Assembly: GCF_006345805.1 (NCBI RefSeq)
Contig: NC_043024.1
Coordinates: 9,486,001 to 9,550,000 of the forward strand
Reading direction: 5' to 3'
From: Octopus sinensis
Lineage: Eukaryota
DNA length: 64,000 nt
Shown piece by piece: positions 1 through 12,219 of the stretch. A program made the position numbers and the translations under genes. The notes beneath the pieces are model-generated. The model was not told the DNA's origin and made no database searches. It saw only the letters and a list, made by a program, of their open reading frames with translations. Each line of letters starts with the position of its first letter. Positions within the stretch are counted from its first letter, which is position 1.

Positions 1-34
1 CGTGATAGGTTATTCTAGATAACCATATCCAAAT

Positions 35-222
35 AATTGCAGCGTGGAAGGTGTTTATAAGCCATTTAAGAAACACACATAAACCGTTAGATTCACTTCA
101 GCATTTAAATTTAATTTGTCAAAATATTTTCGTCGCTTTTGAGACGGCGACCTGTTCACTGACAAAATTCGTGCTGCACACATATATATATAATATATAT
201 ATATTATATGTATATATATATA

Positions 223-271
<49 letters not shown>

Positions 272-962
272 ATAATAAAGGGTGAAATTAATTAATTTAG
301 AAATAATCATTAATTTCACCAAGTAGAGTTGGGCATGTAAAAGCCCCATTCAAGGAAGGTTTAAGTAATACTAAGTAGTTAAGGGTTTAGCAACGATTTG
401 CCTCATATATATATATATTACGGAGATGTACTTGCATAGCAAGTAATTTGATCTGAGATCGTGTGCTGAAACGAAAGCAAATGCAGCATAGAAGGTGTTT
501 ATAAGCCATTTAAAGAACACACAAAACCGTTAGATTCACTTCAACATTTAAATTTAATTTGTCAAAATATTTTCATTGCTTTGAGACCGCGACCTGTTCA
601 CTGACAAAAATCCGTGCTGTTTTATATATATATATATTACGGAGATGTACTTGCATAGCAAGTGATTTGATCTGAGATCGTGTGCTGAAACGAAAGCAAT
701 TGCAGCGTGGAAGGTGTTTATAAGCCATTTAAGAAACACACAAAAGCCGTAACAGCGATGCCCTTCCTGACATCCCTCCTTACTTTCTCATACAGACATA
801 CATATAAAGAACTGTGTGAACTGTCAGTAGTTGACAGTGGTACAGGTGACAGCATTGATTGTCCATATTGATTACTGTGTTTGTTTTATATCACAACTAT
901 GTTTGAAGTAGTACAAAATATTTTCGTCACTTTGAGATCGTTACCTATTCAATGACAAAACT
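35..962. repeat. Tandem/fragmented copies of a ~200-bp repeat interspersed with (TA)n
   Basis: Block 'gcagcgtggaaggtgtttataagccatttaagaaacacac...ttttcgtcgctttgagaccgcgacctgttcactgacaaaa' recurs at about 35-175, 416-620 and 634-750, with a tail copy at about 905-962. Confidence 0.8.
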
Positions 963-964
963 TT

Positions 965-2283
965 GCGCTATTTGGGTAATGGTCTCAAAAATTTGTCCTA
1001 CGAAGAAAGGCTGAGGACGCTCGACCTTTATTCTCTTGAAAAACGCCGCGGCCGTGGTGATCTCATTCTCGCCCACAACATCATAAGCGGGAAGTGTAAC
1101 CTCTCGAAAGAGCTGTTCTTCACTCCTGCTCCGGAGCGTCGGCTGCGGGGTCATTCCGAAAAGCTCTACCTGCGACGATTTCATCTCAATCGAAGGAGAG
1201 GAGCTTTCTCCGTCCGGGTTGCGGATCCGTGGAACAAGCTGCAAGACGAGATGGTGAAGATGCCGACGACCGCTCGGTTCAAAGTCTCTCTTGACCAGAA
1301 ATGGCCTGAACTCTTTGTATGACCACATTCCCCATAGATAACTCCCTGTCCCCCTACATGGCCTCACAACATCATAAGCGGAAAGTGTAACCTCTCGAAA
1401 GAGCTGTTCTTCACTCCTGCTCCGGAGTGTCGGCTGCGGGGTCATTCCGAAAAGCTCTACCTGCGACGATTTCATCTCAATCGAAGGAGAGGAGCTTTCT
1501 CCGTCCGGGTTGCGGATCCGTGGAACAAGCTGCCAGACGAGATGGTGAAGATGCCGACGACCGCTTTGTTCAAAGCCTCCCTGGACCTCAAGTGGCCTGA
1601 ACTCTTTACATGAACACCACCCTGTACTTAACTCCATGTCCCCCTACATGGCCTCACAACATCATAAGCGGAAAGTATAACCTCTCGAAAGAGCTGTTCT
1701 TCACTCCTGCTCCGGAGCGTCGGCTGCGGGGTCATTCCGAAAAGTTCTACCTGCGACGATTTCATCTCAATCGAAGGAGAGGAGCTTTCTCCGTCCGGGT
1801 TGCGGATCCGTGGAACAAGCTGCCAGACGAGATGGTGAAGATGCCGACGACCGCTTTGTTCAAAGCCTCCCTGGACCTCAAGTGGCCTGAACTCTTTGCA
1901 TGACCACATTCCCCATAGATAACTCCCTGTCCTCCTACATGGCCTCACAACATCATAAGCGGAAAGTGTAACCTCTCGAAAGAGCTGTTCTTCACTCCTG
2001 CTCCGGAGCGTCAGCTGCGGGGTCATTCCGAAAAGCTCTACCTGCGACGATTTCATCTCAATCGAAGGAGAGGAGCTTTCTCCGTCCGGGTTGCGGATCC
2101 GTGGAACAAGCTGCCAGACAAGATGGTGAAGATGCCGACGACCGCTTTGTTCAAAGCCTCCCTGGACCTCAAGTGGCCTGAACTCTTTACATGAACACCA
2201 CCCTGTACTTAACTCCATGTCCCCCTACATGGCCTTGCTATTTGCTTTTGAGCCAAATTAACTAACTAACTAACTAACTAATA
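965..2283 (+). mobile_element. 5'-truncated CR1/L2-clade LINE whose 3' end is tandemly repeated four times
   Basis: ORF 963-1322 (LSYEERL..L.LYSLEKRR.RGDLI...RGH..KL...F.LN.R..AFS.RV...WN.L) is the typical C-terminus of CR1/L2 ORF2. Repeat units start at about 1071, 1361, 1651 and 1942 (290-291 bp). The array ends in an (AACT)n tail at about 2258-2283. Confidence 0.9.
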
Positions 2284-2393
2284 CTATTCTTACACCTGAT
2301 GTATACACCCGTGTCATAACACAAAGATGAAGCAACAAATTAAATGGAAACATCAGATTGGAAGAGAAAGCAGTCGATGAAATAAATACTCAC

Positions 2394-2564
2394 ATTTTTC
2401 CCGCTTGGCACAAACACGGCACTGGTTCCAGTCTGCGAGGATCCGTATTCTGTATGGTCTCCACGGACATTGGTTAGGAATTTCTGGGGTCCAGTCAAGT
2501 CATTTTCCAGGATGTGACAAACTCCGGAAAAATAGGTGCCTACATGAAACCGATGGGCACACAC
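2394..2564 (-). CDS. Integrin alpha subunit, internal exon (beta-propeller blade 2 into 3)
   Basis: Acceptor ttttctaatttgtcgttgaag|, donor |gtgagt, 171 bp, phase 0-0. Translates VCAHRFHVGTYFSGVCHILENDLTGPQKFLTNVRGDHTEYGSSQTGTSAVFVPSGKN, matching the integrin-alpha motifs vCAHR...GxCy.l.nDL...yG.cQ.GtSa. Confidence 0.9.
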
Positions 2565-2654
2565 CTTCAACGACAAATTAGAAAAATATTTCATCAAAGA
2601 ATCCAAAAATCCAAAATCAAAATCAAAATCGAAATCAATCAACGTCAATGGAAA

Positions 2655-3335
2655 TTACAGCTGTGATACCAGTGCCGGTGGCACGTAAGAGAACCATCCG
2701 AATGTGGCCGTTGCCAGCGCCGTCTCGACTGGCCTCATGCCGGTGGCACGTAAAAAGCACCATCCGATCGTGGCCGTTTGCCAGCCTGGCCTGGCCCCCG
2801 TGCTAGTGGCACGTAAAAAGCACCATCCGATCGTGGCCATTTGCCAGCCTGGCCTGGCCCCCATGCTAGTGGCACGTAAAAAGCACCATCCGATCGTGGC
2901 CATTTGTCAGCCACGCCTGGCCCCCTTGCTGGTGGCACGTAAAACGCACCATCCAATTGTGGCCGTTGCCAGCCCCGTCTGGCACGTGTGCCGGTGGCAC
3001 ATAAAACGCACCATCTGATTGTGGCCGCTGCCAGCCCTGTCTGGCACCTGTGCCGGTGGCATGTAAAAAAGCATCATCCAACCGTGGCCATTTGCCAGTC
3101 CCGTCTGGCACCTGTGCCGGTGGCATGTAAAAAGCACCACCCGATCATGGCCGTTTGCCAGCCTTGCCTGGCCCCCGTGCCAGTGACACGTAAAAAGCAC
3201 CATCCGATCGTGGCCGTTTGCCAGCCTTGCCTGGACCCCATGCCAGTGACATGTAAAAAGCCTTCTGGCTTCCCAGACCCCAGTTGAACCAGCCAACCCA
3301 TGCTAGCATGGAAAGCGGACGTTAAATGATGATGA
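2655..3335 (+). mobile_element. Non-autonomous retroposon carrying a 62-63-bp minisatellite (about 9 units) and an (ATG)n tail
   Basis: Repeated unit gtggcacgtaaaaagcaccatccgatcgtggccgtttgccagcc..; 3' end ...catgctagcatggaaagcggacgttaaatgatgatg, shared with many copies in the window. Confidence 0.8.
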
Positions 3336-3836
3336 AGTTTTTTTCTTTACCTGCTTTATCTTATAACTTTTACTTGTTTCAGTTATTAGACTATAGCCAT
3401 GCTAAGGTACGGCCTTGAAGGATATTAGCCAGAAAAATCAACCTTCCTTTTTTAAGACTAACAGTTTTACTCTTTTACTTGTTTCAGTCATTTGACTGTG
3501 GCCATGTTGGAGCACCGCCTCTAGTCGAGCACATCGACCCCAGGACTTATTCTTTGTAAGCCTAGTTCTTATTCTATCAGTCTCTTTTAGCCGAACCGCT
3601 AAGTGACGGGTATGTAAACACACTAGCATCGGTTGTCAAGTGATATTGGGGGGGGGGACAAACACAGATATACAAACACACACACACACATATAATTTTA
3701 CCAGGTCTAGGTATCATGTAGAGGTCTCCCTCTTTGGTTCATATATATATATATCCACATCTTTGTCTATATATCTACCTTCTCTATAATGTTGCCACTT
3801 GATATGAAAATTTTTGTATTAATGGACAACCTCTAT

Positions 3837-3927
3837 AATTGGCTGATGAGTACTCAACATCTTAAATCTGTTGTAATACTTACAACATTTAATAAAATGA
3901 TGTAGTATGAAACGATCGTACCAAATT
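3837..3927 (+). ncRNA. Type I hammerhead ribozyme motif (Penelope-like pLTR type)
   Basis: Stem I aattgg/ccaa(a)tt; core CTGATGA (3843-3849); long stem II (gtact..acatc / gatgt..agtat enclosing a tgttgtaa-tac-ttacaaca hairpin); GAAA (3909-3912); palindromic stem III ACGATCGT; GUA cleavage triplet ending at 3920. Confidence 0.85.
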
Positions 3928-4053
3928 ACCGGAGTCATTCTTGTTGCTTATTTTGATTATAATCACCCCATGGATTTATATGAATACCATACAAAATTCT
4001 GGTGCATCTAAATTAAGTACCATATTCATTTGAATCTAAATTTTTGCTGAACT

Positions 4054-4095
<42 letters not shown>

Positions 4096-4695
4096 TATAT
4101 AAGTAGGGTGATTCAAGGGAGATTTGGCTGTTATTTCTAACCAATTGGATGGACTGTTATTAGAGGCCATTGAAGGAACTTTTGTGTACAAAGCAGCTGT
4201 AATAAGCCAAGATAAACTTATCAGTTTTCTACATGAAACTTCTTTAATCCTATTAATTACTAGCCTGCACTCATTATCAGTGGTTGCCAATCACAGAGGT
4301 TCGTTTGCTACATTTTACAACCCCACCCCTTACTACAGCTACTACTACTACTACTACTACCAATACTACTATTACTACTACTTAGCCTGGGGCTCCATCA
4401 GTTATGGCAATGTGTTCCAGATGATCTGATCAATGGAACAGCCTGCTCATGGAATTAACATGCAAGTGGCTGAGCGCTCCACAGACATTTCTTTCTTTTT
4501 CTTTTACTTGTTTCAGCCATTTGACTGCGGCCATGCTGGAGCACCGCCTTTTTTTAGTCGAGCAAATCGACCCTGGGACTTATTCTTTGTAAGCCCAGTA
4601 CTTATTCTATCGGTCTCTTTTGCCGAACCGCTAAGTGACGGGGACGTAAACACACCAGCATCGGTTGTCAAGCAATGCTAGAGGGACAAACACAG

Positions 4696-4728
<33 letters not shown>

Positions 4729-5301
4729 CATATATTCGACGGGCTTCTTTCAGTTTCCGTCTACCAAATCCACTCACAAGGCATTGGTCGGCCCGGGGCT
4801 ATAGCAGAAGACACTTGCCCAAGATGTCACACAGTGGGACTGAACCCAGAACCATGTAGTTCGTAAGCAAGCTACTTACCACACAGCCACGTATACTCTT
4901 AATGTAGATTTTATATATTGAGAAAAGGGACGTAGTTAGAATTTTGGATAATTCTTTATTAGCACTTTCTCCCTCAATCTTTTCTGTCGAAGGGCATAGG
5001 CTTGAAAGGTCAAAGACTTTTCCGTTCTTCCCGAGCATCAAACTAATACACCTGCTTGTTCTTTCACCTGTCTTTGTCTTCTGAAAATTTGAACTGTCTG
5101 TCTGTGTGTGAATAATGCCTTCTGACATCCTCTACACTTCACCGGAAAGGCTGGGTGGTCATTGTTGGAACATCCTGATTACAAAACTACTGAAACAGTA
5201 ACAACAGTCATACCAAAGACAATAATGGTGTTGTTGTTTAACTCCAGGTCAAGAGACACTCCAGTTGTGACTCTCCCATCTACTTAGAGATTTTAGATAT
5301 C

Positions 5302-5333
<32 letters not shown>

Positions 5334-5997
5334 GAGGGAGGCAAGTGGCCACAAAAACCATGCCAAAGCAGGCACAGAAGTCTGGTGGAGTCTTCCGCCT
5401 GACCAGCTCATGCCAAACTATCCAATCCATGCCAATATGGAAGGATGACAGTAAACTATGACGATGACGATATACACATATACATACACTTATTCTTTTA
5501 CTTGTTTCAGTCATTTGACTGCGGCCATGCTGGAGCACCGCCTTTAATCGAGCAACTCGACCTCGGGACTTATTCTTTTGTAAGCCCAGTACTTGTTCTA
5601 TCGGTTCTTTTTTGCCAAACCACTAAGTAACAGGGACATAAACACACCAGCATCGGTTGTCAAGCAATGCTAGGGGGACAAACACAGACACACAAACACA
5701 CACACACGCATATATATATACATACATATATACAACGGGCTTCTTTCAGTTTCCGTCTGCCAAATCCACTCACAAAGCTTTGGTCGGCCCGAAGCTATAG
5801 TAGAAGACACTTGCTCAAGGTGCCACGCAGTGGGACTGAACCCGGAACCATGTGGTTGGTAAACAAGCTACAATTATTCCTAAGAGTTCCAACCATCTCT
5901 CTTTGTCTCCAAAAAAATTTATTCCAACCATTTTCACTTATTTTACATAAATTCTTCACTGACAATATAACAATACCAACTTCTTGGGGATTCAGTT

Positions 5998-6310
5998 TGT
6001 TTGTTGTTCGTTCCTTCTCAATCCATGTCTGGCTCATTAGGGCCGGTTTCCCGGTTTCCTTGGCGTATAGGTTCCCCACCTGGACAGGACGCTGGTCTGT
6101 CGCAGGTGAGCTACAAGATGCAGGAGGAAAGAGTGAGAGAAAGTTGTAGCAAAAGAGTCAGCAGACGTTTCGCCATGACCTTCTGCCGGAGCCACGTGGA
6201 GCTTAGGCGTTTCGCTCATAAACACACACACATCGTCCGGTCTGAGATTCGAACCCGCGATCCTTCGACCGCAAGTCTGCTGCTCTAACCACTAGGCCAT
6301 GTGCCTCCAC
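5998..6310 (-). mobile_element. Full-length tRNA-derived SINE with V-like domain and target-site duplication
   Basis: Head gtggaggcacatggcctagtggttagagc...gggttcgaatc (A/B boxes). Flanked by the direct repeat (c)ttggggattcagtt at 5983-5997 and 6310-6324. Confidence 0.85.
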
Positions 6311-6611
6311 TTGGGGATTCAGTTGGTTTACTTCAGAGTTTTATGTAGAGAAGAAGTGGAAACGTTTCAGTGGTGGTTGGTGGTAGTAGTGGGAGGGAGG
6401 GGAAAGAAAGGGAGGGAGGGGGGAGGATAGATGGTTGCCAAGCAACCATTCCCTAGAATGCCAGCCTGGTTCCGTGAAGCTTGTAACTTTAATGATCAAA
6501 TGAGGCTTGTCAAGGCTAATTAACTGAGGTATTACAACAACGAACGAACGTAGATACACAAACACAGAGAAACATTCTTTTATCGCCCCACCCCCGCCGA
6601 CTCAGTAACAG

Positions 6612-7433
6612 ATGTACACACATACACCCATGCACACACATACCTATACACACACACACACGCACACACAGAGACAGACACACACACACACACACACATA
6701 CGCAGAGAGAAGACAGACAGACACACACACACAGACAGACAGACAGACACACCACACACACAGACAGACAAACACACACACACCACACACACAACAGACA
6801 GACAGACACACACCACACACAGACAGACACACACACACACCACACACAGACAGACAGACAACACACACACACAGACAGACAGACACACACACCCAGACAG
6901 ACACACACACACAGACAGACAGACAGACAGACACACACACACACACAGACAGACAGACACACACACCACACAGACAGACAGACAGACACGCACAGACAGA
7001 CAGAGACAGACAGACACACACACAGACACACACCACACACAGACAGACAGACGACACACACAGACAGACACGCACAGACAGACAGAGACAGACAGACACA
7101 CACACAGACAGACACACACCACACACAGAGACAGAAGACAGACACACACACACGACACACAGACAGACAGACAGACACACACACACACACCACACAGACA
7201 GACAGACACACACACACCACCACACACAGACAGACAGACACACACACACACAGACAGACACGTACAGACAGACACGCACGCACACACACACACAGAGACA
7301 GACAGACAGACAGACACACAGACAGACAGACACACACACACAGACAGACAGACACACACATACAGACAGACACACACACACACACACACAGACAGAAGAC
7401 AGACAGACAGACACACACACACACACACACACA
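6612..7433. repeat. Compound (AC)n/(ACAG)n microsatellite
   Basis: Directly visible; source of the Cys/Val and Thr/His ORFs. Confidence 0.97.
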
Positions 7434-8267
7434 GAGTTGGTTTCATAATCACTGATAGATAGAATTAGTCACAAGTAACATCTGCAATTAGACTAACGAG
7501 CCAATAAGCCAATGTAGGAGGCTTAATGAAGCAACTTGACCTACAAGAAACAGCAGCAAAACTCTTCTGACATTGAATAATGTTTTCGTACATCCTCTCC
7601 ACTTCACCGGAAAGGCTGGGTGGTCACTGTTGGAACATCCTGATTACAAATCTACCGAAACTGTCACAACAGTCGTACCAAAGACAATAATGGTGTTGTT
7701 GTTTAGCTCCAGGTCAAGAGACACTCCAGTTGTGACTGTTCCATCTACTTAGAGATTTTAGATATCTGAAGTGTTCTTCCATTTAAGATGTGATCTGAAG
7801 GGAATTTGGCTCCTATATCTAACACATTGAGTAACTACACTGAAGGTCCATCAAGCTGGCAGAACTAAAATCAAAAGTGTTCTAGCCATGACCATCCCTT
7901 CTTTTTTGCTCTATAAAAACAACCAAGGTCCATGCTAGGCAATGTGACCTTCACTCAAGACAACAGGATATGATTTGGAATAGATTTATCTGCTACTTTT
8001 GACAGGTCAGATGACCACTTGAAGGACTTCTGATAGTGATAATTGAGGGGTGAATCAATAATCACTATGGGGGGAGGGATGAGTCAAGAGAAGGACAAAT
8101 AGACAGACAATCCCCGTCACTTAGCGGTTCGGCAAAAGAGACCGATAGAATAAGTACTGGGCTTACAAAGAATAAGTCCCGGGGTCGATTTGCTCGACTA
8201 AAGGCGGTGCTCCAGCATGGCCGCAGTCAAATGACTGAAACAAGTAAAAGATAAAAGAAAAGATAAA

Positions 8268-8699
8268 TCCCTCTCTAGATAAACGGCAGTTTGTCTGTCT
8301 GTGTGTCTGTCAGGTTGTACCCTCACCCTGACCACGGCTTTCAACCAATTCTGATGAAACTTGACACACACATAGCCCAATGTCATAATTCAAAACTAAC
8401 GCAGCGAAAATTTTGAAAAGTTCCCCCAGTTCTGAAAAAAGTCGATAAATTCGACATGGGGTCAAGAATCTAAGCTTTTTATATGCAACACATTTTCTGT
8501 CTAGGGGACACAACTCAACCTTTTTATCGCCCAAAGGGACAGCTAGGAACATCGTATACACAGAAGTATTCGAGTGAAGAGAAGACATTGCAACCTACAC
8601 ATGCGCCTTTGTTCCCTAGAGGGTAAGGACTAGATTGGGATTAGTCGTTGCCTACTAGGGGCTCTTACATACCCGGGCAACGCTGGGCTATGCTGCTAG
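8268..8699 (+). mobile_element. Non-autonomous Helitron-type element
   Basis: A|TC 5' end at 8267/8268; subterminal hairpin ccc(g)ggcaacgctggg; 3' CTAG|T at 8696-8700; no TSD. Confidence 0.75.
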
Positions 8700-9516
8700 T
8701 AAATAAATAAATAACATTTGTCAAATGTTGTCACTTTCCATAATGTTCTGGGTTCAAACGATATGAGGGCCGAATCTACCTTCCATCCTGTCCAGGGCCA
8801 GTGAAATAAGAATTTGGCCCTGGAGATCTCCATTTCCAGCGACTTTGAGGGCCACCTCCCAGTGGTGTCAGGCATCAGCGAAGAGCCCTCAACTACAACA
8901 AGACGACCAAAGTTTTTTTTTTTTCCAAGGTCTGGATAAGGGTCAGTTAACTAAACCCCTACCACCACCAGGATTTTCAGCATCACCCTCTCCACTGAGG
9001 GTGGTGAAACAAGTAAAAGAGTAAAAGAGAGAGAGAGAGAGAGAGAGTATAGCCTTGGGCCAATCAAAGCCTCATGAATGGATTTGATAGATGGATACTG
9101 AAAGAAGCCTGTCTTACTACACAGCTCTGCCAGTGCCTAGAATTTCTGTGAAACATCCCTTCCTGGCCTGGAACTTTGTTTACGAACCCACACCACCAAG
9201 GACCACAAGAAGATTTGAACTCTCAGAGCAAAAAGCCGGGATAAATACCACATGGCATTCTTTCCGATGCTCTAACGACTCTCAGTTAATTACCTTTAAA
9301 CAATGGCAACAACGACCTTATAATTGTTTCTGTTTGTTGTTGTTGCTGTTCATGAAGTGAAGCACTTCCTGTAGTCCCATCCCAGATGAACAGTCACTCA
9401 CCACCGCCAACTTGCCCCACTCCTTAAAACATCGAAAACATATCAACAACATCATTTAACATGGAGACTCACCTTCTCTGGCTCATCCCAAATTACTTAC
9501 TGCACATGCACACATG

Positions 9517-9798
9517 TATATACACGTACATGTTTGTGCGTGTGTGTAATATCCACATACATAAACACACACACGTTTATATTATAGTTATATACATAAA
9601 TATACACATAAACATACATATGAATGTATGTATGTATATATGTATCTGTGTATATATATATATATATATATATACATACATATGCGTATACATATATACA
9701 TACATATGTGTATGTATATATATATATATACATACATATGTGTATCTATATATATATATACATACATATGTGTATATATATCTATATATATATATATA

Positions 9799-9841
<43 letters not shown>

Positions 9842-9882
9842 CATATGTGTATATAAGTATATATATATATATATATACATAC

Positions 9883-9919
<37 letters not shown>

Positions 9920-9920
9920 C

Positions 9921-9953
<33 letters not shown>

Positions 9954-9955
9954 AT
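9517..9955. repeat. (AT)n/(ATAC)n microsatellite
   Basis: Directly visible. Confidence 0.95.
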
Positions 9956-10604
9956 AATAAATAATAGGGAATAAATCCAAATTTACAGGGAAAAAAATCA
10001 GATTTAGGATTAAATCCAATTTTATAGTAAAATATTATAAAATATTATTAGAGACAAAACCACTATTTTGCAAAACAAACAAGGAAAGACTTAATCAATA
10101 CATAGAAGGAATAGGAATATATATATATACACACACACATATGTATGTATATATATATGCACACACTCACAGTGCATGTTTAATCTCCACCAATCCCTCT
10201 CTATGTATCACTATCAATAAACAAAGAGACTGATACAGTAGAGGTGGTCGTGGCGGTGGAAGGGACTGAAGTGTTTGCCATTATTTCCAACAGACACATT
10301 GGTGCCATCAATGACAGTTTGGTTTTGAAGACGGGAAGCCATCCAGTTATCTGGCCAAGAGAACCACTTATTCTGTTATCTTTAGTAAAAAAGTGGTCAA
10401 ATGGTGCAGACACCTGAAACTTAGCCATGATGTGGACAGTATTCCATTCTACATCCAGTGTTTTTTTCCCAGGATATATGTGTGTATATATATATATATA
10501 TATCCGTAGTTAAGTATGGTCCAGTCATCCAAGAGCAGGAAATTAGCTTCAAGTGGTAAGCAGCTAATATGAAGAACAGAAAGCAGATGGTGTACATCAT
10601 CACC

Positions 10605-11340
10605 ATCATCATTTAGCGTCTGCTTTCCATGCTGGCATGGGTTGGACGGTTTGACTGGGGTCTGGGAAGCCAGAAGGCTGCACCAGGCCCAGTCTGACCC
10701 GGCAATGTTTCTACAGCTGGATGCCCTTCCTAACGCCAACCACTCCATGAGTGTAGTGGGTGCTTTTTATGTGCCACCAGCACAGGTGCCAGACAAGCCT
10801 GGCAAATGGCCACGATTGGATGGTGCTTTTTATGTGCCACCAGCATGGAGGCCAGGTGAGGCTGGCAAACGGCCACGATTGGATGGTGCTTTTTACATGC
10901 CACTGGCACAGGTGCCAGGGGAGGCTGGCAAACGGCCACGATCGGATGGTGCTTTTTATGTGCCACAGGCACGGAGACTAGGCGAGGCTGGCAACAGCCA
11001 CGATTGGATGGTGCTTTTTACGTGCCACTGGCACAGGTGCCAGACGAGCCTGGCAAACGGCCATGATCGGATTTACCCTTTTTATGTGCCACCGGCACGG
11101 AGGCTAGACGAGGCTGGCAACAGCCACGATCGGATGGTGCTTTTTACGTGCCACCGGCACAGGTGCCAGACGAGCCTGGCAAACGGCCACGATTGGATGG
11201 TTTTTTTATGTGCCACTGGCACAGAGGCCAGGTGAGGCTGGCAATGGCCACATTCAGATGATGCTTTTTACGTGTCACCAGCACGGAAGCCAGTCAGCGC
11301 GGGGCTGGCAATGACACGTTCAGATAATTGTTCTATGTGC
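10605..11340 (-). mobile_element. Same 62-63-bp-minisatellite retroposon, reverse orientation
   Basis: Reverse complement of the units at 2.7 kb and 46.4 kb; (CAT)n tail at about 10605. Confidence 0.8.
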
Positions 11341-11398
11341 CACCGGTACTGTTATCACAATAGAAATTTATTAACATCATAAGTTACATTATTCTATA

Positions 11399-11645
11399 CT
11401 TGCAATATCGCCCTGCATTGCTCGGGTTTGTTTCGGCCCTTTAGAATTGGAATTTTTGAAAAGTAAAAATTTTGCATTATGTAGCTTGTTATTCTCTTTA
11501 AGTGAACATTTTTCTGGTTGAAATACATCGAAAAATGACGACACAGCAGTCAAAAAATCGTAAAAAATAGGGATTTTCATAGAAAAACGATACCTTTTTG
11601 ATGTAAATAATTTTTGGTGTTAACATGGTCCGATTTGAATTTGAG
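11399..11645 (-). mobile_element. Helitron-type 3' part (same family as 15535-16143)
   Basis: Reverse complement of about 15900-16143; terminal hairpin and CAAG|T (mutated CTAG|T). Confidence 0.7.
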
Positions 11646-12110
11646 GAGGAGGAGAAGAAGAAGAGGAGGAGGAAGAAGAAGAAGAGGAGGAAGGAGAAGG
11701 AGGAAGAAGAAGAAGAAGGAGAGGAGGAGGAAGAAGAAGAAGAGGAGGAAGGAGAAGGAGGAAGAAGAAGAGAAGGAGGAAGGAGAAGAGGAGGAGGAAG
11801 GAGAAGAGGGAGGAGGAAGAAGAAGAAGGAGAGGAGGAGGAGGAAGAAGGAGAGGAGGAAGAAGAATGAAGAAGAAGAAGAGGAGGATGAAGGAGAAGAG
11901 GAGGAGGAAGAAGGAGAGGAGGAAGAAGAAGGAGAGGAGGAGGAGGAAGAAGAAGAAGGAGAGGAGGAGGAGGAAGAAGAAGAAGGAGAGGAGGAGGAAG
12001 AAGAATGAAGAAGAATGAAGAAGAATGAAGAAGGAGAGGAGGAGGGGCAAGAAGAAGGAGAGGAGGAGGAGGAAGAAGAAGAAGAAGAAGGATGAAGGAT
12101 GAAGAGAAGA
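11644..12110. repeat. (GAG/GAA)n purine-rich trinucleotide repeat
   Basis: Directly visible; ends about 30 bp from an integrin exon donor. Confidence 0.95.
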
Positions 12111-12142
12111 CTTAGATAAGATATTTGAAGGAACCAACATAC

Positions 12143-12219
12143 AATGACACTGGCTTCTGTTTTCTTCTTCTCTGATAAAAGAGTCACACCCAGCCATTGG
12201 TTTTTCGTTGGCTCCGTAC
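12143..12219 (-). CDS. Integrin alpha subunit, internal exon (QWLG motif)
   Basis: Acceptor ttctttgtccag|, donor |gtatgt, 77 bp, phase 1-0. Translates (S)TEPTKNQWLGVTLLSEKKKTEASVI and joins in frame to VCAHR at 2564. Confidence 0.9.

Noticed and set aside
110-180. Hammerhead-like topology on the minus strand (tttgtc/gacaaa, gtcgc/gcgac, GAAA, aaaatatttt palindrome)
   Set aside because: The single-stranded core is AGTGAACAG rather than CUGANGA in all copies.
2655-3301. Long ORFs over the 63-bp minisatellites (also 10.6-11.2 kb and 46.3-47.6 kb)
   Set aside because: A unit length near a multiple of 3 keeps several frames open on both strands; no protein family is recognisable.
6516-7452. 200-390-aa ORFs rich in CV/TH/YI/SSS/EEE (also 9.5, 11.6, 20, 23, 25, 30 and 58 kb)
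   Set aside because: Translations of microsatellites.
10201-10460. Protein-like minus-strand ORF (LDVEWNTVHIMAKFQ...)
   Set aside because: No recognisable motif or good splice sites, and it lies in an intron whose flanking exons already join in frame.
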